Origin: Longilinea sp.
GTDB lineage: Bacteria; Chloroflexota; Anaerolineae; Anaerolineales; Anaerolineaceae
Length of the DNA: 64,000 bases
Direction of reading: 5' to 3'
Assembly: GCA_039810245.1 (NCBI GenBank)
Contig: JBDHWQ010000023.1
Location: forward strand, 603 to 64,602
In this document: positions 55,586 through 63,453 of the stretch, piece by piece
Position numbering within the stretch: position 1 is the stretch's first letter
Layout: each line of letters begins with the position of its first letter
Notes under the pieces: model-generated
What the model was told of the DNA's origin: nothing
The model's input: only the letters and a program-made list of their open reading frames with translations
The model's database searches: none
Program-made: the position numbers and the translations under genes

Positions 55586-56371
55586 TTATGGAATTTCCCC
55601 GGCCAGCTCTTTCTGAATGATTTGCTGGAAGACCTCAAACGGCTGCGCGCCCACTACCGCCAGCCCGTTGATAAAAAAGGTCGGCGTGGATGAGATGCCC
55701 AGGTTGCTGGCAAAGTCAAAGTCGCCCTGCACCTCTTCACGCGTGCGATTCGTGCTCAGGCATTCCTGGAACTGGCCCAGGTCCAGCTTCAAATCGCTGG
55801 CGTACTGCTCGTACACCGCGTTGCCCAGCTCAGCGCCTTCCAACAGGCGCGCGTGGTACTCGTAGTATTTCCCCTGCTCGCCGGCGCAGTTGGCGGCCTC
55901 GGCGGCCGAGTTGGCGTTGAAGTGGATATTGGACAGCGGAAAGTCGCGGTACACCAGGCGGATCTGGCCGGGAAAGGCTTTTTGCAGCTCCGGCCAAACC
56001 TCGGCGTGCCACTTGCGGCAGTAGGGGCACTCGTAATCGCTGAATTCGATCAGCGTGATCGGCGCGTCGTCCGGGCCGAGGGCGTAATCATCGTCCACCG
56101 GCACGTCATAGCGGCGCACGGCCTGCTGCTGCTGCGCATCCGGCTGCGCGTCGTCCTGCGCGGCGGGCTGGGCAGCGGTGGGCACGCCGCCGCCCGCGTC
56201 GACCGACACGCCGGAGCGGCCGTCGAGGCCCCAGAAGATGTACCCGGCGGCCAGGCCGAGCACGAAGGTGATGGGCAGCAGCGCCGCGAAAAATATCGAG
56301 CGCCGGAAGACGATCTGGTCTTCGCGCCGCGCGCTCGAACGGTCAGGTCGGGGGGTGGGGGAAGCGTCCAT
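55586..56371 (-). CDS. DsbA-family thiol:disulfide oxidoreductase, membrane anchored
   Basis: TM anchor, Gln/Ala-rich linker, and a thioredoxin fold with 'FSDYECPYCRKWH'. Confidence 0.8.
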   Translation of the reverse strand: MDASPTPRPDRSSARREDQIVFRRSIFFAALLPITFVLGLAAGYIFWGLDGRSGVSVDAGGGVPTAAQPAAQDDAQPDAQQQQAVRRYDVPVDDDYALGPDDAPITLIEFSDYECPYCRKWHAEVWPELQKAFPGQIRLVYRDFPLSNIHFNANSAAEAANCAGEQGKYYEYHARLLEGAELGNAVYEQYASDLKLDLGQFQECLSTNRTREEVQGDFDFASNLGISSTPTFFINGLAVVGAQPFEVFQQIIQKELAGEIP

Positions 56372-56414
56372 GCCGGGATTATACCTGAGAAGCCGCGCGC
56401 GGGTGTTCTTTCTA

Positions 56415-56452
56415 GAAAAAAAGACACCCCGGGCGCGGGCGCGTGGGGTGTT
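56415..56452 (-). terminator. rho-independent terminator downstream of the ferredoxin gene
   Basis: On the minus strand, ACACCCC...GGGGTGT forms a GC-rich stem followed by CTTTTTTT. A second perfect 10-bp hairpin, GCAAGGCAGC/GCTGCCTTGC, lies at 56461-56487. Confidence 0.6.
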
Positions 56453-56512
56453 GAATCACAGCAAGGCAGCATTTGCGGCTGCCTTGCATCACTTTTCCGG
56501 ATGGGAGAGAAA

Positions 56513-56686
56513 TTATGCGGGGCCGATTGCGCCGGTGGGGCAGACATCCGCGCACGAGCCGCAATCCTGGCACAGGGCAGGGTCAACGATATAGTTGCCG
56601 TCGTCCTGCAGCGAGATCGCGCCTTCGGGGCATTCGGTTTCGCAAGCGCCGCACTGGATGCAATCGCTGTTAATCATGTAGGCCAT
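56513..56686 (-). CDS. 2x[4Fe-4S] ferredoxin (57 aa; below the ORF-track length cut-off)
   Basis: My own translation gives MAYMINSDCIQCGACETECPEGAISLQDDGNYIVDPALCQDCGSCADVCPTGAIGPA*. It has two CxxCxxCxxxCP motifs, and an AAGGA RBS lies 7 nt upstream. Confidence 0.85.
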   Translation of the reverse strand: MAYMINSDCIQCGACETECPEGAISLQDDGNYIVDPALCQDCGSCADVCPTGAIGPA

Positions 56687-56847
56687 GGGGAACTATCCTT
56701 TCAGAACATGCTTCGGGTGAAATTGAAGACGTTCCGAGGATAGCACAATCAGACAATTCATGTCAACATTTCTTCTTCGTCGTTTGTCACCGAATCCGGC
56801 TGGAATATGTCATATATTTTCTGTCGATTTGATCGCCGCGCGCATCC

Positions 56848-56876
56848 TTGACATCATCCCAAGCTGGCAATATAAT
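56848..56876 (+). promoter_or_regulatory. consensus sigma-70 promoter for tRNA-Asn
   Basis: TTGACA at 56848-56853, a 17-nt spacer, and TATAAT at 56871-56876. The tRNA starts 15 nt downstream. Confidence 0.7.
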
Positions 56877-56890
56877 ACGGGGGCAATTGA

Positions 56891-56964
56891 TCCTCGATAG
56901 CTCAATTCGGCAGAGCGGGCGGCTGTTAACCGCTAGGTTCCAGGTTCGAGTCCTGGTCGAGGAG
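56891..56964 (+). tRNA. tRNA-Asn (anticodon GTT)
   Basis: Cloverleaf folded by hand. Acceptor TCCTCGA/TCGAGGA, D-arm GCTC/GAGC, anticodon stem GGCGG/CCGCT with loop CTGTTAA, T-arm CCAGG-TTCGAGT-CCTGG, discriminator G. CCA is not encoded. Confidence 0.9.
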
Positions 56965-56979
56965 CCTACATCTTCTGCA

Positions 56980-57013
56980 GCCTCGGGCAACGCCGGCCCG
57001 AGGCGATTTTTTT
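56980..57013 (+). terminator. rho-independent terminator after tRNA-Asn
   Basis: GCCTCGGGC-AACGCCG-GCCCGAGGC forms a 9-bp stem followed by GATTTTTTT. Confidence 0.75.
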
Positions 57014-57102
57014 AAGGTTCAGGTTCCACGCCCCCATTGAGGGGATTGTATTCGCGTCCTGGTCGAGGAGCCTACATCTTCCGCAGCCTCGGGCAACGCC
57101 GG
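57014..57102 (+). repeat. degenerate second copy of the tRNA-Asn 3' half plus trailer
   Basis: AAGGTTCAGGTTCCACG, then a ~24-nt insertion, then GTCCTGGTCGAGGAGCCTACATCTTCCGCAGCCTCGGGCAACGCCGG. The last part matches 56950-56996 with one substitution. Confidence 0.8.
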
Positions 57103-57413
57103 TTTGGGACGCCCTCTTTTTAAGATACGAAGCTAGCTTTCCAGGCGAAAAACTGTTGAAATTGAGCAAATTGACTTGCGTTATCTTGATCTGTTGCCCG
57201 TTCTGACTTCTTACCTATTAAAGGATTGCCGGCCTAAGGGACTGCGGAATTATGGCGAACTGTCTGCAGAAGATGCCGATCAGATCGATCCAATCATCAC
57301 CCATCTTGCCACTATGTCCATTGAACTGACTCGTCTTTTTCCTGCTGGACCGGATGACCGTTCGTCCGACAAAAATAAGTGAGGGTTCGCCATATTTTTG
57401 TTACCTTCTTCGC

Positions 57414-57533
57414 TTGACGCCTGCCAAGTAAGGCTTAGAATTAGAGAAGCGATGAGGCTCGCTAGGAAAGTATCGAACCGCCGACCACGGCTGATAGCTT
57501 CTGTCTGTGACCCCACAAGACAGAGGCTTTTTT
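57414..57533 (+). ncRNA. candidate leader / small RNA element E1 (promoter, 5' hairpin, CTGATAGC box, intrinsic terminator) upstream of eno
   Basis: TTGACG at 57414-57419, 16 nt, TAGAAT at 57436-57441. Hairpin AGCGA-TGAGGC-TCGCT at 57448-57463. CTGATAGC at 57491-57498. Terminator stem AGCTTCTGTCT/AGACAGAGGCT followed by TTTTTT, ending at 57533. A related inverted copy lies at 62281-62389. Confidence 0.4.
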
Positions 57534-57557
57534 AATACCTGCCCTCATTCTCGTTGA

Positions 57558-58862
<1,305 letters not shown>

Positions 58863-58884
58863 ACGATCCAAAAACGAAGGAAAG

Positions 58885-58913
58885 AGGGCCGGGCAAAGTG
58901 GCCCGGCCCTTTC
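58885..58913 (+). terminator. possible terminator hairpin after eno
   Basis: AGGGCCGGGC-AAAGTG-GCCCGGCCCT forms a 10-bp stem, but only a short T tract (TTT) follows. Confidence 0.4.
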
Positions 58914-58930
58914 ATAATAGGATTGCGCGT

Positions 58931-59278
58931 ATGAACACCACACTGATTTTGGTGCGGCACGGGCAGACGGATTGGAACCGGGTTGAGCGTTCCCGCGGCC
59001 GGTATGATATATCGCTCAATTCGACCGGCCTCGAACAGGCTCGCCGGATCGCGCAGCGATTGGCGAAGCGCTGGAATCCGGCGGCCATTTATTCCAGCCC
59101 GTTAAGCCGGGCTATTCAAACCGCGGATGCGATTGCTCTCGCCTGTAATCAAAAGGTAATGCCCGAAGCGGGATTAACGGACATCGATTATGGCGCATGG
59201 CAGGGTATGTCACCTATGGAATACCGTGTGATAAACATCTTCGCCAAAACTGGTCTGCAGGGGTTCGGCCTCGAATAA
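58931..59278 (+). pseudogene. 3'-truncated histidine phosphatase (GpmB/CobC-like) gene
   Basis: 'MNTTLILVRHGQTDWN' carries the catalytic RHG motif, and 'IYSSPLSRAIQTA' follows. Family-like sequence stops near 'DIDYGAWQGMSP' (about aa 95 of an expected ~200). The ORF tail overlaps the 3' end of the convergent low-GC MutS-like gene. Confidence 0.65.
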
Positions 59279-60697
59279 CTTGAAGGTTCGCTTTCCACCG
59301 GATTTCCTCTCCGCGCGCAGGAAAATGGTATTTCCTATGCCTCGTTCGTAAAACGAATGGGCAAGCTCATATTGGTGGGTGACAAAAAACACCTTAATTT
59401 TCCGTTCCAGCAGCGCATTTGTAATTTGCCTGCCGATCTCCGAGCCTTCCCTTTCGTTGGTGGCCGCGAAAGATTCATTGAACAGCACCATCGAATTGGG
59501 GGTAACATGGTCGGCAATATCGCTCATCCGGCTGAGCTCTTCGTCCAGTTTCCCGCTTTTCATGGTGACATCTTCTTCACGCTTATAGTGGGTAAAGATT
59601 CCCGTGCTAAGATTCGCGCTGAAGTCGCTGGCCGGAACGTACATTCCACACTGCATCATCAGTTGGGCCAGGCCGATACTTCGCAAAAATGTCGATTTTC
59701 CCCCCTGGTTGGCTCCGGTGATCATCACAACGTCTTTATGATCTGCGTTCACGTCATTGCCGACGACCTTCTGTTTCATGGTCAACGCCAGGCAGACGTC
59801 GTATAACCCATGGAAAGCATGCCTTCGTTCTGCTGCCGGCGCTGGCGAGGGGAAACAGATGGGACTTTCCCACTGCGCGAGCTGCTCGTGCAGATTCAGA
59901 CATCCGACATAAAATGCCAGCTCGATCTGCAGCATTTTGAAGAAGTTGTCGATGTGATCCGCCGACTGCGCAAGCGCGTTGGCAACCAGGTTTATTCCAG
60001 TGTCCTTTAATTTCCCCAAAGCCCGTGCACCGGATTCGTCTCGGTCACTGATATAGAAGAAATATGTAGGATTCTTCCGATTAAGAATGTCCTTCCACCA
60101 TTTCAAATTTTTTGGCCGGCGAAGGATGTAGTTCGTTCCTTCATTCCCTTGCCCTAAATCAGCGCTGATCAGCACGCCATCCCGAAACTTGAGCTCCTTC
60201 AAGTGATTTTCTACAATGGCAAAATAGTCGTCATCCAGCTCTTTTTGAATCATCGTAAAAAATCTGCGGAAACCTTCCGACTCAAATTCACGGGAATATG
60301 TGTCCGCTATCCCTTTTAGCCTACGCAGCAACCCCACAAACATGTTCATCAACTCAAGCGCGCCACTGAGGACGCCGCTTGGATAATACGTAAATATTCC
60401 CATCCAATGCTGCCGTTTATTTTCCATGGCCTCAATCGGGATTTGGAAGATCTCTCGAATGACAGAAGGGAAACGCAAGCAGTCCTTAAGAATATTTTGC
60501 CGGTAAAGGATGGTCTCAATCTCATCCGAGCCTGACAGGACGGCCTTCCAGGCAATATCCATTAGAAAGCGGTCGCCGCGCGCCATCGCGTTGAACAACG
60601 TATTTAATTCCAGGTCCTGGACCAGGGCTTTTTCGTTAACGGGTAAAGGGTGTTCCAGATCAAAGTCCTGGTCGCGAAACATCAGATATGCTTTCAT
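59210..60697 (-). CDS. MutS-family ABC-type ATPase, core + domain V only (495 aa), partner B
   Basis: Walker A is 'ITGANQGGKSTFLRSIG', Walker B-like is 'MVLFNESFAATNEREG', and 'FFVTHQYELA' follows. No mismatch-binding N-terminal domain and no Smr or nuclease C-terminus. Low GC. Its start overlaps the stop of the upstream partner (ATGA at 60694-60697). Confidence 0.8.
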   Translation of the reverse strand: MKAYLMFRDQDFDLEHPLPVNEKALVQDLELNTLFNAMARGDRFLMDIAWKAVLSGSDEIETILYRQNILKDCLRFPSVIREIFQIPIEAMENKRQHWMGIFTYYPSGVLSGALELMNMFVGLLRRLKGIADTYSREFESEGFRRFFTMIQKELDDDYFAIVENHLKELKFRDGVLISADLGQGNEGTNYILRRPKNLKWWKDILNRKNPTYFFYISDRDESGARALGKLKDTGINLVANALAQSADHIDNFFKMLQIELAFYVGCLNLHEQLAQWESPICFPSPAPAAERRHAFHGLYDVCLALTMKQKVVGNDVNADHKDVVMITGANQGGKSTFLRSIGLAQLMMQCGMYVPASDFSANLSTGIFTHYKREEDVTMKSGKLDEELSRMSDIADHVTPNSMVLFNESFAATNEREGSEIGRQITNALLERKIKVFFVTHQYELAHSFYERGIGNTIFLRAERKSGGKRTFKLFEAEPLQTSFGEDVYHTVFHR

Positions 60698-62268
60698 CCC
60701 TGAATACGCTCCTTTAATTGGCTGTACGTAAGGTAATACTTCTCGGCAATACTGATCGCATATGCCAGTCCATCCGATGGTCTCCGGACAATCTTGAAGG
60801 TTCGCAAGGCTGGATTTTCGGGCACAATGGTACTGACCATGCTGACCGTTTTTTCACTCAGAGAAGACAGCTCATCGATAAACGTCACGCATATACACAG
60901 TAGATCCAATGCAATGATCTGCTCCATGATCTTCTTGCTCAGAAAGACCGCATCTTTCAACGTTGTGGAGGTGAAGATTTCGTTCATGATAATGATGCTC
61001 TCTGGCGTTGCATGATTCAATATTTCATGAATCCGCACCAGGTCATCGTGCAGTTTCCCGCGTAAATTTTTGATCTTTTCTTCTTTTTCAAAATGGGTAA
61101 AGAGTTGATCAAACAGAAAAAGCTGGGCTTGCCGGCCTGGGACTGGTAAACCTAAACATGCCAGGTAGTGGAGCTGCCCGAACATGCGGGCGAAGGTGGT
61201 CTTTCCACCTTGATTTGGGCCTGAAATGACCAGGATGCGCTCACTCCCCTTCAAGGTAAAATCATTGCAGACCACTGGCGCACCTTCGGCGACCAGCTTA
61301 TTGGCTAAAGCAATGTCGAAGCCGTCCACTTCGAAAATTTCTTTCGTTTGACCGGAAACTGCCGGGTAACAGAATTTCAGGCCGGCCTGTTTAATTCTTC
61401 GGATGTACTCCAGGTACGCAATATAAAACTGGATCTCACGATCAAAAATACGAATCGTCTCATCCATGAAATGTTGGTGCTTCTCACAATAGGCATCCAG
61501 TGTGGAAAAAACTTCTGGGTACAATCTGGCAACGCAGTCCAGAATTTGCGCTTCTACATGATTGAACCCCGAACCCTTGATATTTTTGACTTTGTAATCC
61601 TTTACAGCCCCCTGTTTGAACTTTTCAAAGGTTCGCTCAACCTCTTCGCTGTAATCACTCTCCAATTCATATTTTCGAACCCCAACGCGGTTCCCTTTAA
61701 TGATGATGGCATAATGAATCGTTGATTGGTCGACCTTGCATTTCGCGGTCTCTTGTTCAAGCGACTGGAAATTCTCCGCATTCACATAGCGGTCCAGGTA
61801 TTCTCGAAAAGCAAGCAAACCACGCGATTTCAGCGCAGCCCGCGACAAATCCCGTCCCAGGTTCCTAATCGCTTCGCAATAAATAACAGCGGCTTCCAAA
61901 AACCAGCCGGCTTTATGATAGTGATAATCAAGCTTGCCGGCCATGCCAAGATACCGGCGGACAATCACCATTTTTTGTGCAAATATATCGATGCGCTTCA
62001 GTACTTCGTCGCTTTCTAAATCCTGCGCGACCTCCTGCCGGTACTGGATGGTTTCAACATTATGGAAAGGCAAATAGAAAAATGGTTTCAGGTTATATTC
62101 TTGCCGGCTCGCGCAGACGGCATCGACGACCTGATCCAAGTTTAGATCAACGAAGAAAGGTGGCATTTCTGCCGCTTGGATTTCCTCATAATTTGGAATG
62201 CGCTCAAAGAGGATGCTTTGGAAGCGCATATTGTTTTTCATTCCGCTCGCAATTTCCTTTAAGTTCAT
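60694..62268 (-). CDS. MutS-family ABC-type ATPase, core + domain V only (524 aa), partner A
   Basis: Walker A is 'ISGPNQGGKTTFARMFG', Walker B-like is 'IIIMNEIFTSTTLKD', and 'ICVTFIDELS' follows. No domain I and no Smr. Low GC. A GAGGG RBS lies directly after the E2 terminator. Confidence 0.8.
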   Translation of the reverse strand: MNLKEIASGMKNNMRFQSILFERIPNYEEIQAAEMPPFFVDLNLDQVVDAVCASRQEYNLKPFFYLPFHNVETIQYRQEVAQDLESDEVLKRIDIFAQKMVIVRRYLGMAGKLDYHYHKAGWFLEAAVIYCEAIRNLGRDLSRAALKSRGLLAFREYLDRYVNAENFQSLEQETAKCKVDQSTIHYAIIIKGNRVGVRKYELESDYSEEVERTFEKFKQGAVKDYKVKNIKGSGFNHVEAQILDCVARLYPEVFSTLDAYCEKHQHFMDETIRIFDREIQFYIAYLEYIRRIKQAGLKFCYPAVSGQTKEIFEVDGFDIALANKLVAEGAPVVCNDFTLKGSERILVISGPNQGGKTTFARMFGQLHYLACLGLPVPGRQAQLFLFDQLFTHFEKEEKIKNLRGKLHDDLVRIHEILNHATPESIIIMNEIFTSTTLKDAVFLSKKIMEQIIALDLLCICVTFIDELSSLSEKTVSMVSTIVPENPALRTFKIVRRPSDGLAYAISIAEKYYLTYSQLKERIQG

Positions 62269-62280
62269 CGGCCCTCACTC

Positions 62281-62389
62281 AAAAACAAAAAAGCCTCTAC
62301 TGGAGCGTGCGCTCAGTAGAGGCTATCAGTCGGGTGACAGTTTTGGCGAGCCTCATCGCCATGGATCTATTCGATTAATTAGAATTATA
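62281..62389 (-). ncRNA. candidate leader / small RNA element E2 upstream of the MutS-like operon (inverted relative of E1)
   Basis: Read on the minus strand: TATAAT (62389-62384), hairpin GGCGA-TGAGGC-TCGCC (62360-62345), CTGATAGC (62329-62322), terminator stem AGCCTCTACTG/CAGTAGAGGCT followed by TTTTTTGTTTTT. The ATG at 62268 is 12 nt downstream. Confidence 0.4.
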
Positions 62390-62521
62390 CTCGAAAACTT
62401 TGCCGATGCACTTTTATTGACATAGGTTTCTGTGTACAACGCACGCTCTGGTTTGGTTTTGTTTTCGGAACCGGTGTCCTACTTTTCTCGATCTGTCTAC
62501 CCTTCGAAGATTTTCCGCAAT

Positions 62522-62588
62522 CCGCCAGGTTCCAGGTTCGAGTCCTGGTCGAGGAGCCTACATCTTCCTGTGCCCCAGACAACGCCGG
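62522..62588 (+). repeat. direct repeat of the tRNA-Asn 3' half plus trailer (att-like)
   Basis: 62527-62567 is identical to 56935-56975 (41 nt, AGGTTCCAGGTTCGAGTCCTGGTCGAGGAGCCTACATCTTC). Looser similarity extends to ...AACGCCGG. Confidence 0.85.
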
Positions 62589-62609
62589 TCCGATGATAGA
62601 CTGGCGAAA

Positions 62610-62700
62610 ACCTAACCCCCCGGCCCCCTTCCCGACCCGGGAAGGGGGAGCGGAAAGCGTTGATGGTTGCGAAACTGCCTATGCTCCGCGGGGGTTAGGT
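62610..62700. repeat. nested GC-rich palindromic structure adjacent to the att-like repeat
   Basis: The outer 11-bp stem is ACCTAACCCCC (62610-62620) / GGGGGTTAGGT (62690-62700). The inner 10-bp hairpin is CCCCCTTCCC (62624-62633) / GGGAAGGGGG (62639-62648). Confidence 0.55.
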
Positions 62701-62884
62701 CTGCTGGCACGGTACGAAACGAATTACCAAACGAAAAGAGGCTTTTAGGAGCCTATGAGAATAAGCAGCCGGGGGCGCTTGCAATGGAGCCATTTCCGGC
62801 GCGTGCTGGCAGCATGCCTGTGGCGCCATCCACACCCGATCCTGGCGTATAATATCCCTAATCCCACCCCCAAGGACTCCCCCC

Positions 62885-63361
62885 ATGGCTGACACCTACC
62901 CCACCGATCCTACCCCCGACGAGCGCATCCTGGCGGCGGCGGCGCACGCCTCGATCCTCATCCCTATGATGGGCTTCTTCGCCCCGCTGATCATCTGGAT
63001 TTTGCAGAAGGACAAATCGCGCTTTGTGGCTTTCCAATCGCTGCAGGCGCTCGCCTACCAGTTCGCGCTGCTGGTGGGGTACATGCTTGGGATGCTGTGC
63101 TACGGGGTATCCTTCTTCCTGCCGTTCCTGTTCATGATCCCGCTCTCAGGCCAGCACACCAGCTCGCAGGTGGATAGCATCCTAGGGCTGGGCTTCCTGC
63201 TGCCCTTCGTCATGCTGCTGATCGTCGGCCTGGCCGCGCTGGCCGCCATTGTCTATGGCATCGTCGCGGCGGTGAACGCCTTTCAGGGCCGGCCATTCCG
63301 CTACTGGATCGTCGGCGCGCAGGTGGAGCGCTTTACCCGCCCGCAGCCGGCGGCCGCCTGA
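62885..63361 (+). CDS. DUF4870-like small membrane protein
   Basis: 'ERILAAAAHASILIPMMGFFAPLIIWILQKDKSRFVAFQSLQALAYQF' and about 4 TM helices. TATAAT lies at about 62849. Confidence 0.65.
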   Translation: MADTYPTDPTPDERILAAAAHASILIPMMGFFAPLIIWILQKDKSRFVAFQSLQALAYQFALLVGYMLGMLCYGVSFFLPFLFMIPLSGQHTSSQVDSILGLGFLLPFVMLLIVGLAALAAIVYGIVAAVNAFQGRPFRYWIVGAQVERFTRPQPAAA

Positions 63362-63453
63362 TCGCACAGCGCAGGGGCAATTTGCTTGCTTGAAAAATGA
63401 CTTCCGGCGCGCTACCATAGCAGTACGCAATTCGCTTATACGGAGGGGTAGCC

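Larger units (their letters stand above)
59210..62588. mobile_element. low-GC insertion cassette / genomic-island remnant (no integrase present)
   Basis: GC drops from ~65% to ~42-48% (counted on sample lines). The left edge truncates the histidine phosphatase gene. The right edge is the tRNA-Asn 3'-half repeat. Confidence 0.45.

Noticed and set aside
56787-56990. The 67-aa and 65-aa minus-strand ORFs (56787-56990 and 62385-62582) share 'EDVGSSTRTRTWNLA' and looked like a small duplicated gene.
   Set aside because: The shared peptide is simply the antisense translation of the tRNA-Asn T-arm/acceptor sequence and of its repeat. I report it as a DNA repeat instead.
57176-57382. A 68-aa TTG-start ORF between the degenerate tRNA repeat and element E1, considered as a small island gene such as an excisionase or regulator.
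   Set aside because: It has no RBS and no HTH or other motif, and it starts with a weak TTG. An overlapping antisense ORF (57280-57516) is equally unconvincing.
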